Origin: a virus
Taxonomy: Duplodnaviria; Caudoviricetes
Strand: one strand, 5' to 3'
DNA length: 46,236 nucleotides
IMG/VR virus record: IMGVR_UViG_3300035180_002546
Location: 1 to 46,236 of that record
Each line of letters starts with the position of its first letter. Within the stretch, counting starts at the first letter, position 1. Positions 9,469 to 18,524 of this stretch are shown in pieces. The notes below the pieces were generated by a model, which searched no databases, was not told the DNA's origin, and saw only the letters and a list, made by a program, of their open reading frames with translations. Position numbers and translations under genes: made by a program.

Positions 9469-10344
9469 ATGACTGAAGCAGACCTCAAACAATTAAAGTC
9501 CAATATCCAGAAGCTGGAAGAGAAAAAAGCATTACTTCATGCTGATATTTCACAGTACGGGAAGGATCTTGAGGTACTTCAAGACAATGTAGTCAAAGCC
9601 GAGGCTCTCCATACCGATATTGATGCTCTTAAGAAGGAAATTGAGGTGTTGGAAGGCATTAAGAAAGATCTTCAAGCCTCTCAAAAGGAATTTACTGCTC
9701 TTGAAAAGATAAAAGAACAGGTACAAAATCAAGTTACTGGATATCAGGCTACGATTGCAGATATTGAAGCAAAAAATACTGAACTTATTACTAAAAATTC
9801 GGAGCTTTCGACTCTCAATGAGAAGATTGCAGTATCTGTTACCAAACTTACCGAGGTACAAGAGGCTATCAAAGAAGGTAAAGCACTTATTGCAAGCAAT
9901 GAGGCGAAGATACGGGATCAACAAGTTGTGTTTCAAACTGAAAATGCAGCTCTTGATGCAACACATAGATCAAATATTGTCGCTAGGCAGTCAGAACTCA
10001 ATGCAATAGTGCAATCTATCGTTACCAAGACGTCTGAAAAGGCTGCTATTGATACTTTGATTACACAAACGACTTCTGATCTGATGCAACTAGAAAAGAA
10101 GCTCTTAGATCGAAAAGAAGAGTACACAATAATTGATCAGACATATGATATCAAGGCTACTGAAAAGGAAGCAGTCTTTATTGCACGAGAAAAAGAACTT
10201 ACCGATCGAGAACTCTCACTCAATGAACGTGAAGGTAACATTTCACTTAAGGATTCAGTACTCGATCAGAAACGTAGATCTCTTGAGGCTATGAAAATGC
10301 GCCTTGAGAAGGAAAAGGGTACAACTATTAACATAGAAATATAG
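9469..10344 (+). CDS. Long coiled-coil protein
   Basis: Heptad-rich L/K/E sequence over about 290 aa. Confidence 0.6.
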   Translation: MTEADLKQLKSNIQKLEEKKALLHADISQYGKDLEVLQDNVVKAEALHTDIDALKKEIEVLEGIKKDLQASQKEFTALEKIKEQVQNQVTGYQATIADIEAKNTELITKNSELSTLNEKIAVSVTKLTEVQEAIKEGKALIASNEAKIRDQQVVFQTENAALDATHRSNIVARQSELNAIVQSIVTKTSEKAAIDTLITQTTSDLMQLEKKLLDRKEEYTIIDQTYDIKATEKEAVFIAREKELTDRELSLNEREGNISLKDSVLDQKRRSLEAMKMRLEKEKGTTINIEI

Positions 10345-10351
10345 TAATCGT

Positions 10352-11143
10352 ATGGCTGGATTCTATAATGAGTTTGATCAGGACGGCACGGGCGGAGGGG
10401 TATATGATCTTGCATCCCCTACTAATATAACCGTTGGTGGTATTCCATCCGGAACAGACTTAACGGGAATGACTTGGCAGGAGATTATTCAAATGTTGAC
10501 TATTACATATCTAGCCCCTCTCGCCTCTCTAACCGGTGGCGGAATACGTGAATTTGGTGCATCTCCGGATGTAACACTTTCTTGGATTGCTACTAAAAGA
10601 AGTAGAACTATTACTGGTATCACTGTAAATGGTACACCTATAGTCCCTACTGGTAGTACCCAATCAGGTACTGAACCTGCTACCGCAACTCAAAATGTAG
10701 ATACAACTTTCTCAATGTCAGTTACCGATGGAATAACAACTGCTACCGCAACGACTTCAGTTGTCTGGGAATTTAGGAAATATGTTGGGGTAGATTCCCA
10801 CGTGACCCTTAATGAGTCTCAAATAGAATCTCTATCATTAAGTAATAATCTTGCCACAACCTTAAATGGTACATATTCATTCGTACCATCAGCAACTTAT
10901 AAGTACTTCTGTTGCCCAGATTCATTTCCAACACCAACAGCAACTACTGGATTCAAGGATGCTACTACACTTCTTCCAATAGGAATGGCTACCATTTTAG
11001 ATGATCCATTTTATTCAAACAGCTCAAATGGTTGGTCGTATGGTCTTGTATCAGTGACAAATACCTATGGAGTGACAACAAATTATCGAGTGTACCGTTC
11101 AAAGAATGTGCTTAATGGATCAATTGATATAACAGTTTCATAA
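10352..11143 (+). CDS. Putative virion/fibre-associated protein (Ig-like, T/S-rich)
   Basis: VGGIPSGT N-terminal motif and TNYRVYRS C-terminal motif, as seen in phage structural proteins. Confidence 0.55.
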   Translation: MAGFYNEFDQDGTGGGVYDLASPTNITVGGIPSGTDLTGMTWQEIIQMLTITYLAPLASLTGGGIREFGASPDVTLSWIATKRSRTITGITVNGTPIVPTGSTQSGTEPATATQNVDTTFSMSVTDGITTATATTSVVWEFRKYVGVDSHVTLNESQIESLSLSNNLATTLNGTYSFVPSATYKYFCCPDSFPTPTATTGFKDATTLLPIGMATILDDPFYSNSSNGWSYGLVSVTNTYGVTTNYRVYRSKNVLNGSIDITVS

Positions 11144-11144
11144 C

Positions 11145-11645
11145 ATGTCAGCATACCCAGCATCATCAATCCCCCTATCCTCAAACATCGGAACGACAGA
11201 TATTGCCGATGTTTTTCCAACCCATCTTGATTTCCTGGGACGTGGTGGATTTCGGGCAGTTGCAGACAATACAGAGCGCGACGCGATCACGACTGAGCGC
11301 CGATCGTTTGGAATGCTAGTGGGTACACAGGATCAAAATCCAGCAGTTGTATATCAACTTTGTAACATTGCCATGGGCGGTGTATCGGATGACTTATTTG
11401 ATAATGCAAACTGGATTGTGTTTGCTATTGCAGGTCCATCTGGAGGTCTTCAAAAAGAAACTCCATCAGGAACAATCAACGATAGTAATGTCACATTTAC
11501 TGTAGCAAATGAACCATTTTTTATAAACGTGAATGGAGGTATCTATGAGGTTGGTGATGGTATCTATTTATCATATTCTTCTGGTACAATTACATTAGCA
11601 GCACCTGTCGGCACTGGTGGATTTATTAAAAGCTACTATCAATAG
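11145..11645 (+). CDS. Putative fibre/collar-associated protein
   Basis: GGFRAVADNTERDAITTERRSFGMLV module and ETPSGTIND..ITLAAP module. Confidence 0.55.
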   Translation: MSAYPASSIPLSSNIGTTDIADVFPTHLDFLGRGGFRAVADNTERDAITTERRSFGMLVGTQDQNPAVVYQLCNIAMGGVSDDLFDNANWIVFAIAGPSGGLQKETPSGTINDSNVTFTVANEPFFINVNGGIYEVGDGIYLSYSSGTITLAAPVGTGGFIKSYYQ

Positions 11646-11648
11646 TAT

Positions 11649-14600
11649 ATGAACAAATTATTCAAAAAAATATTTATCCCGCTCGTATTTAGTTTAGTAG
11701 CTTTTTCTGGAGTTGCACATGCCGCTTTTACCGTATTTCAAGGAGGAACAGGTCGCGATACTCTTACATCAAATCGTATACTTGTTGGTAATGGTGGATC
11801 TGCTGTTCAACTCGTTACTGTAGGGTCTGGACTTTCTCTTAGTGCTGGTACACTTTCGGCAACAAGTAGTGGCGTATCTCTTATCGGATCGACATCTGGA
11901 CTTCTATCAAACCCTACTCCTGGTTCATCATCAGAAACATGGCTTGGTGCAAATGCTGGGATAGGTGGTTCTAATGTTGGAACTGTATCTATTGGAGGAA
12001 GTGCTGGATTTGGGAATACAGGTAGTGATTATGCCGTATCTCTTGGATTTGGAGCTGGTACGAGTGCCACGGGATCATATCAAACAATCAACCTTGGTCC
12101 TGGAACTGGTCAATCAGCAATAAACTCAGTAAATAATGTGTTTATTGGTTCTATTGCTGCCGCTTATACAAATGGTATTTTTGATTCAATTTTCATTGGA
12201 CATAATACAGGTACATCTAATATTGGTCCTAGTACTCCTATTCATGCGGCGAATTCTATCTTTATTGGTGCAAATGCTGGTCTTGATGATACGGTAGATA
12301 ACCGAACAAACGATGTTGGGTCTATTCTCATTGGTGCATGGACAAATACAGGAGGATTTACTAACTCCATTCTTATTGGTAATGGTGACTTTGCAACAGG
12401 TGTAGCTATTTCAAATACAAAAAATAATCAGTTTATGATTGCTCCTGGGATACGATATACCCAATGGCGTGGCATAGATTATGAATTTCCAACTGCTCAA
12501 GCTGCGGGTTCAAACTACGCATTGGTAAATGATGGTACGGGTATATTATCGTGGGCACCATCATCTGGTTTAACAATACAAACAAATGGTACTAATAACG
12601 GTTCACAGTCGTTGCTCAATCTCGCTGCTGGAACTGGAATTACACTTACCGACAACGGAACTGGTACAGTAACTATTGATTCTAGTGGTAGTGGAGGAAC
12701 TACTATTTATACAGGAGATGGAACAGTCAGTGGTCCTCGTATTGTTTCATATGGCGATAACTTATGGTTTTTTGATAGTGCAACAAATAAAACTGGATTA
12801 TATTTAAGTCCTGGAACTCTTACATCTACCCTCGGTGATGTATCAGGGGGCACATATCTTACCGTAGATAACAATAATAATACCGTTGGAATTTTTGCTG
12901 GTAGTCTCTATATTCCTGGCGGAGCTACTGCTGGATATGTTCTTACTTCCGATGCTTCAGGTATTGCTTCTTGGGCACCTGCTTCAGGTGGTGGTTCTTC
13001 CCCATATTCAGTAGTAAATAGTACGTCTATCTTCTCTACAGGTCTTGTAGGGACAGGTAGTGGCTCTATAGCAATTGAATCCTTTATGACTGGTACAAAC
13101 GCTGGTAATGGGGCAACAAACGCTGATAATAGCAATTTCTTAGGTCAAAATGCAGGTAAGAGTGCAACGGCAGCCCTTGGTTCAAACTTCCTTGGATTAA
13201 ATGCTGGTAATTCAGCTACCAATGCAGCATATTCAAACTTCCTTGGTTATCATGCAGGTGATGGGGCAACAAACGCATCAGGCTCTAACTTCTTTGGATT
13301 TAATGCTGGTTTTGGTGCTACAGGAGCAAGTGATTCATTCTTTATGGGGAACTCTGCTGGATACTTAGCTACAGGCTCTTCAAACTCTGTTTTTATCGGT
13401 GCTGGCTCTGGCAATACAACAACACTTGCAAACTACTCAACATTCGTAGGTGATTCATCAGGATATCAAGCTACAAATGCTCAATTCTCAAGTTTCATAG
13501 GTTCTAGTGCTGGATATCAGGCAAGTAGTGCTGCAAACTCTAACTTTTTTGGTACTGCTGCTGGTCAAGGTGCTACAAATGCAGACCATTCAGTTTTTCT
13601 TGGAGATTCCGTAGGTGTTAGTGCAACAAATGCAAATCAATCAATCTTTATTGGTTCAAACACTGGTACAAGTGCTACAAATGCTTCAAACGCAATCTTT
13701 ATTGGGCAATCTGCTGGTTTTGGCGATACAGTAAATAACACAGGTAATCCAGATGACGGGTCAATTATTATTGGAGCATATGCAAATACTGGTGGATTCT
13801 CAAATAGTGTTGTACTTGGATCTGGTACATCTGCCACATCTATAAATAATACAAAGGCAAATCAGTTTTTACTTTCTCCAAATCTCCTTTATACACAATG
13901 GAGAGGTATAGATTATGAGTTTCCATCTGCACAGGCTGCTGGTGCTGGATACGTTCTTTCAAATAACGGCTCAGGCGTGCTTTCATGGGTACCAGGTGGA
14001 GGAGGTTCAGGTACAGTCACTTCAATCACTGCGGGTACAAACCTCACAGGGGGTACGATAACCACATCTGGTACGATAAACCTCGACACAACACTCACAG
14101 GTCTTACTAGTGTATCGTCTACTACTTTTGTAGGAGCACTCACTGGTACAGCGAGTGGTAATGAACTTCCTCTTACATTCTCAACAGGGCTTACCCGCGC
14201 AACAAATACAATTACCTCTAACCTTTCTACAGGTATTTCAGGAGGGCAGTCAGTCATTGGTGGTACTGCATCAGGAAATAATCTTACACTTTCATCAACA
14301 TCAAATGCTACAAAGGGAAAGATAAACTTTGGTACATCAAACTATGATGAAGCTCTTAATCAGCTCAATATCACAAACTCTTCACAGGATACATGGGTAA
14401 CTGCTACGGGTAACATTAACTCATCATTCCAAGCGAATATTCAAAATACAAACTCTGGTGCTTCTGCTTCGGGTGATTTCGTTATCACTGCAAATAATGG
14501 AACATCAACAACACACTACCTTGATTTGGGTATGAACTCATCTGGGGGGGGTCTTTCTCCATTTACAACTGCAAATGAAACATACTTATATTCTATTGAC

Positions 14601-15656
14601 GATACTCTTAACTTTGGTGCTCTTGGTGCGTCATCTCAAATCAAATTCTTCACTACGGGGGGTACATCTCCTGTACAACGAGCCGTAATTGATAATGCAG
14701 GGTTTTTTGGTATCAACGAAACAACCCCAACGGCATTTCTGCAAATTACTCGAAATTCTATCGGCTCTACTCTAAGTGATGCATATGGTATTTTGCTTAA
14801 AAATGGTACCGCAGCAGCAGCAGGGGCGCAGCAAGAATCACCTGCAATAGTATTTGCTGGTAATGGATGGAAGACAACAGCTACCGCAGCATCACAGGAC
14901 GTTCGTTTTCGACTTTCGACAACTCCTGTACAAGGAACAACTGCTCCAACAGGGTTATTTACCCTTGAGAACTCAATCAATGCTGGTGCATATACTACTG
15001 CCAATACATTTAGCTCAATCGGGACTATTGGATTTGGTGCAAACTCTGGTATGGGTATTGGTTCTACTCTTGCAAACACTACATTCTCTTCAGGTGGTGG
15101 TGGAATGCTCTTACAAGCTGCGGTAGGTAGTACGACAAACCTCAACAACTTTACATTCCAAAGTGCAAACGCTCGAACTACAACAAGTGGAGAAGCATCA
15201 GGGATTATGAATATGGTGTCGTTTGCACCAACTTCTGGTACCGCAGTATTTAATGGGTACACTCTTAACATGACAGTCAACCAGACTGGTGTAACAGGGT
15301 CGCCTATCACTCGTGGTATTTATATCAATCCTACACTTACATCTGCCTCAGACTTCCGCGCACTTGAAATTACCGCAGGTAAAATGCAACTCCCTTCAAC
15401 AGTAACAGCGACAGGTACAACAGGAAATCAGACTATCAACAAGATGACTGGTACAGTCAATGTGGCAGCAGCAGGAACTACGATAACTGTTACTAATAGT
15501 CTCGTAGGAACATCAAGTATTATTAGTGTTACAGCACGTACAAATGATGCTACCTGTTCCGTAAAAAACTATGTACCAGCGTCAGGATCATTTGTTATTA
15601 ACATGACGGCGGCATGTACAGCAGAAACGTCAGTAGGATTTATGGTAGTCAACTAA
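11649..15656 (+). CDS. Tail-fibre/adhesin-like protein with 14-aa beta-roll repeats and an N-terminal signal peptide
   Basis: 1335 aa, G/S/T/N-rich. Tandem SNFLGxNAGxxATN repeats and YVLxxDxxGxxSW neck motifs. Leader is MNKLFKKIFIPLVFSLVAFSGVAHA. Confidence 0.75.
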   Translation: MNKLFKKIFIPLVFSLVAFSGVAHAAFTVFQGGTGRDTLTSNRILVGNGGSAVQLVTVGSGLSLSAGTLSATSSGVSLIGSTSGLLSNPTPGSSSETWLGANAGIGGSNVGTVSIGGSAGFGNTGSDYAVSLGFGAGTSATGSYQTINLGPGTGQSAINSVNNVFIGSIAAAYTNGIFDSIFIGHNTGTSNIGPSTPIHAANSIFIGANAGLDDTVDNRTNDVGSILIGAWTNTGGFTNSILIGNGDFATGVAISNTKNNQFMIAPGIRYTQWRGIDYEFPTAQAAGSNYALVNDGTGILSWAPSSGLTIQTNGTNNGSQSLLNLAAGTGITLTDNGTGTVTIDSSGSGGTTIYTGDGTVSGPRIVSYGDNLWFFDSATNKTGLYLSPGTLTSTLGDVSGGTYLTVDNNNNTVGIFAGSLYIPGGATAGYVLTSDASGIASWAPASGGGSSPYSVVNSTSIFSTGLVGTGSGSIAIESFMTGTNAGNGATNADNSNFLGQNAGKSATAALGSNFLGLNAGNSATNAAYSNFLGYHAGDGATNASGSNFFGFNAGFGATGASDSFFMGNSAGYLATGSSNSVFIGAGSGNTTTLANYSTFVGDSSGYQATNAQFSSFIGSSAGYQASSAANSNFFGTAAGQGATNADHSVFLGDSVGVSATNANQSIFIGSNTGTSATNASNAIFIGQSAGFGDTVNNTGNPDDGSIIIGAYANTGGFSNSVVLGSGTSATSINNTKANQFLLSPNLLYTQWRGIDYEFPSAQAAGAGYVLSNNGSGVLSWVPGGGGSGTVTSITAGTNLTGGTITTSGTINLDTTLTGLTSVSSTTFVGALTGTASGNELPLTFSTGLTRATNTITSNLSTGISGGQSVIGGTASGNNLTLSSTSNATKGKINFGTSNYDEALNQLNITNSSQDTWVTATGNINSSFQANIQNTNSGASASGDFVITANNGTSTTHYLDLGMNSSGGGLSPFTTANETYLYSIDDTLNFGALGASSQIKFFTTGGTSPVQRAVIDNAGFFGINETTPTAFLQITRNSIGSTLSDAYGILLKNGTAAAAGAQQESPAIVFAGNGWKTTATAASQDVRFRLSTTPVQGTTAPTGLFTLENSINAGAYTTANTFSSIGTIGFGANSGMGIGSTLANTTFSSGGGGMLLQAAVGSTTNLNNFTFQSANARTTTSGEASGIMNMVSFAPTSGTAVFNGYTLNMTVNQTGVTGSPITRGIYINPTLTSASDFRALEITAGKMQLPSTVTATGTTGNQTINKMTGTVNVAAAGTTITVTNSLVGTSSIISVTARTNDATCSVKNYVPASGSFVINMTAACTAETSVGFMVVN

Positions 15657-15660
15657 ACAT

Positions 15661-16482
15661 ATGAAAAATATACTCACATACATTGCAATAACTCTCCTAA
15701 CGTTCCTAGTTCCGATAACAACCCTAGGTGCAAACTATACATTCTCTCCTTCTACAGCAACCTCATACATTGCAGCAGATGCGCAATATATCCCATCTCC
15801 ATGGTTGCAAGACCCTTCTGCTACCGATCAGTTTTCTGTAGTTGCAGATGGTTCTCAAACGGTAAGTGGATCTACTCTTATTCAGACAGTAAGAGACGGT
15901 TGGCGTTGGATTCAGCTCGGTAATCCTTCCTCAATAAAAGGATATGCACGAACTGAAGTTGCGCTTACCCGACAGATTGCTACTGGTAATCCATTCATTC
16001 CAGGACAACTCGCGACTATTGATTGGACGGGATACTATACAACACCTCTTCCTCCTGTAGTAACAGGTGGATATCTCGTAACACCTGGGCAAATTCATGA
16101 TAATACTCCTCTCTCCCCTCATTACACACTTAGTCTTAATAGTGGTACTGGGGTACTTTATATTGAGATTCATAACCTCGATAACTCATTCAAGAGTAGA
16201 ACTCCCATCTATACGTTTAATCAAATGGTCAATACATCCACTCAAATTGTCATGTATTACAAGCCAAATACCGCAATTGGGGTATCAGATGGGTCTTTTA
16301 CCATTGCAGTTAATGGTCGCCTTATCTTCTCAGAAGCAGGGCAAGAAAACTCAACAGATCCAGGACACGACTACTCAAAGTTTGGTATCTACGACTTTGG
16401 AAAAGCGATTGTTGACCCCGCTAATCCTGGTAGGGGGCAATCGTTGAGTATGGTTACAACAAATTATCAAGTAAGCAATTAA
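15661..16482 (+). CDS. Secreted jelly-roll / polysaccharide-lyase-like protein
   Basis: Hydrophobic leader. RTEV, GQIH, DGSFTIAVNG and YSKFGIYD resemble the PL7/heparin-lyase-like beta-sandwich. Confidence 0.5.
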   Translation: MKNILTYIAITLLTFLVPITTLGANYTFSPSTATSYIAADAQYIPSPWLQDPSATDQFSVVADGSQTVSGSTLIQTVRDGWRWIQLGNPSSIKGYARTEVALTRQIATGNPFIPGQLATIDWTGYYTTPLPPVVTGGYLVTPGQIHDNTPLSPHYTLSLNSGTGVLYIEIHNLDNSFKSRTPIYTFNQMVNTSTQIVMYYKPNTAIGVSDGSFTIAVNGRLIFSEAGQENSTDPGHDYSKFGIYDFGKAIVDPANPGRGQSLSMVTTNYQVSN

Positions 16483-16486
16483 ATTT

Positions 16487-16738
16487 ATGGAAGACCAAAT
16501 TACATTTACACCAGATATGACAACAGGAGAAATGGTTGAAACAGTACAGCCAGCAGCTATACAAACTCGCCATCTACCAAGGTACTATTTGGATACTATC
16601 AATGAAAATCGACAATACATTCAGGATGATGTGGTACGCCACGCTTCCAATGTGGCAAATTTTCAAGCAGTGATTGATAAAAACCAGGCAGCGCTCGATG
16701 CCTGTATAGCAGCTGGTTTACCAGACCCACGAGTATAG
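16487..16738 (+). CDS. Hypothetical protein
   Basis: 83-aa ORF, tightly packed with its neighbours. Confidence 0.5.
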   Translation: MEDQITFTPDMTTGEMVETVQPAAIQTRHLPRYYLDTINENRQYIQDDVVRHASNVANFQAVIDKNQAALDACIAAGLPDPRV

Positions 16739-16740
16739 CT

Positions 16741-16974
16741 ATGAATCATAGTCTCACTAAAATATCTTTCATCATTCTTGCCGTGTTTTTTATAGCAAAG
16801 GTTTCAATATTGATATATGCTTATAGAGAGATAAAAGATCGAAGAAACTGTATAGATTTTCCTTCTCAGGTGTATGCTCAAAAGATATATGAACAAGATA
16901 GAGGAGCATGGTCAAAGTTAGATGGAGACAACGACGGATTAGCATGTGAGGCACTTAAACGAAAAGTAATATGA
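16741..16974 (+). CDS. Membrane-anchored Excalibur calcium-binding domain protein
   Basis: N-terminal TM helix, then NCIDFPSQ..AQ..LDGDNDGLACEAL (DxDxDGxxCE). Confidence 0.8.
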   Translation: MNHSLTKISFIILAVFFIAKVSILIYAYREIKDRRNCIDFPSQVYAQKIYEQDRGAWSKLDGDNDGLACEALKRKVI

Positions 16975-17231
16975 CGGAACAAACACACACAAAGGTAAAC
17001 ATAAAAAACAATTTCTTCGATACAATCACTTCAAAGTGGCCTATTGTTATGGCCTTCTTTACGCTCGCAATATCACTAGCAGGACTCTTCTTCCGTGTAA
17101 GTACATCGGAAGCTCAAATTTCTGAAAACAAGAGTGATATCCGGGATCTCACGACTCGTGTCAACTCAGTAGAGGGAGACATAAAAGCTATCCGAGAAGG
17201 TGTAGATTTCCTTAAACAAAGAGCACAATAA
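16971..17231 (+). CDS. Single-TM plus coiled-coil protein (holin/XhlA-like)
   Basis: TM segment WPIVMAFFTLAISLAGLFF followed by a coiled coil. Confidence 0.5.
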   Translation: MTEQTHTKVNIKNNFFDTITSKWPIVMAFFTLAISLAGLFFRVSTSEAQISENKSDIRDLTTRVNSVEGDIKAIREGVDFLKQRAQ

Positions 17232-17232
17232 T

Positions 17233-18519
17233 ATGATTTCACGATACAACATAGACAGACTTAAAAAAGATGTTTCAAGAAAGCTCCATGGTGCTGGCTT
17301 TTCAGTATCAAGTGATTTTTACGGGTCAGTTGATGAAGGCCGTCGTGAACTCATTAGTAAAGTAAAACCAAGAGAGTTAAAGCGCATTGCATACATTGAG
17401 AATGCTCTATACGATCAGGTAGATCGCTACGCGGTACCAGGAGATATGCAATATGAGAATGTGAATGATATCCGTATGCTTGCCTCACGACGCAATTTAG
17501 ATACCTTAGAGCGACCATTAGAGATGGTGTATGAGAAGCGGTTTGATCAGAAGCGTCAGAACGCTGCAAATGTATTCACTATCAATTACTCAAACGGAGT
17601 AAAGTACATGAAGATTAACCATCCTCGCGGTCTTAAACAGTGCCAACACCTTGTTATTCAAGATTTTGAAAGCCTTAATGCTAATGGGACATTTAACGTA
17701 GGGGGTAACATCGGGAACCTTACACTTGATCGCCTTGATCACATTACAGGAAAAGCATCCCTTCGTTTTGACATAGATGCCTCAAGTACAAGTGGATTCA
17801 TTGAAAACTTCACTATGCAGCCAGTGGATATCACGGAATTTATGCAATTGGGAGCTATTTTTACATGGCTTGAGCTCACAAAAATCAATGTACTTACTTC
17901 GGCAACACTCCGGTTCGGATCGTCTTTGACTGATTATTACGAGTTCGCAGTCAATCAACCTCATGATGGAAATGAATTTATCCCAGAATGGAATCTTCTC
18001 CGATTCCCCCTAGAAGGCCTCACACAGGTTGGATTTCCTAATATCAAGAAAATCTCCTACTTCCGCCTTGAGCTCACTACTACGGGCACTGAGCCAATGA
18101 TAGGGTGCCATATAGATAACATTGTGGCACGTAAGGGTGTTGTATATCAAGTAAACTATAACTCCGCATTTATGATTGCCGATGAGTTTAATCAGGCATG
18201 GAAGCAGTTTGCCAACAAAAATACTGATGTTATCGTTGCAGAAGAAGATACATACCAACTCCTCCTCCTTGAGACAACAAAGGTTGTGATGCAGGGATCA
18301 TATGACAATACAAATAAAAGTCAGGATGATATTGCTAAAATAGATAACCAATTGAAAGAAAAATACGTCCAGTACAAGCGTAACCATAAACAAGATGCTA
18401 TTGAGGCATATGACTCGCTCTATATTTTTGGAGATGCGTATTCAGGGTACACTGATACTCCTATGAATAGGTATGAATCTGGTCACTGGAACGATGATGA
18501 CAACAACGATAATGAGTAA
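17233..18519 (+). CDS. Putative head-tail adaptor / tail tubular protein A with an inserted beta-sandwich
   Basis: Helical termini flank a CBM-like insert (WNLLRFPL..IDNIVA). Sits before the nozzle-sized gene. Confidence 0.5.
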   Translation: MISRYNIDRLKKDVSRKLHGAGFSVSSDFYGSVDEGRRELISKVKPRELKRIAYIENALYDQVDRYAVPGDMQYENVNDIRMLASRRNLDTLERPLEMVYEKRFDQKRQNAANVFTINYSNGVKYMKINHPRGLKQCQHLVIQDFESLNANGTFNVGGNIGNLTLDRLDHITGKASLRFDIDASSTSGFIENFTMQPVDITEFMQLGAIFTWLELTKINVLTSATLRFGSSLTDYYEFAVNQPHDGNEFIPEWNLLRFPLEGLTQVGFPNIKKISYFRLELTTTGTEPMIGCHIDNIVARKGVVYQVNYNSAFMIADEFNQAWKQFANKNTDVIVAEEDTYQLLLLETTKVVMQGSYDNTNKSQDDIAKIDNQLKEKYVQYKRNHKQDAIEAYDSLYIFGDAYSGYTDTPMNRYESGHWNDDDNNDNE

Positions 18520-18524
18520 CTATC

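Noticed and set aside
13080-13720. 42-nt periodicity as a CRISPR or TIGR-like array
   Set aside because: It is an in-frame 14-aa protein repeat with synonymous variation. No cas or Nop-domain gene was recognised.
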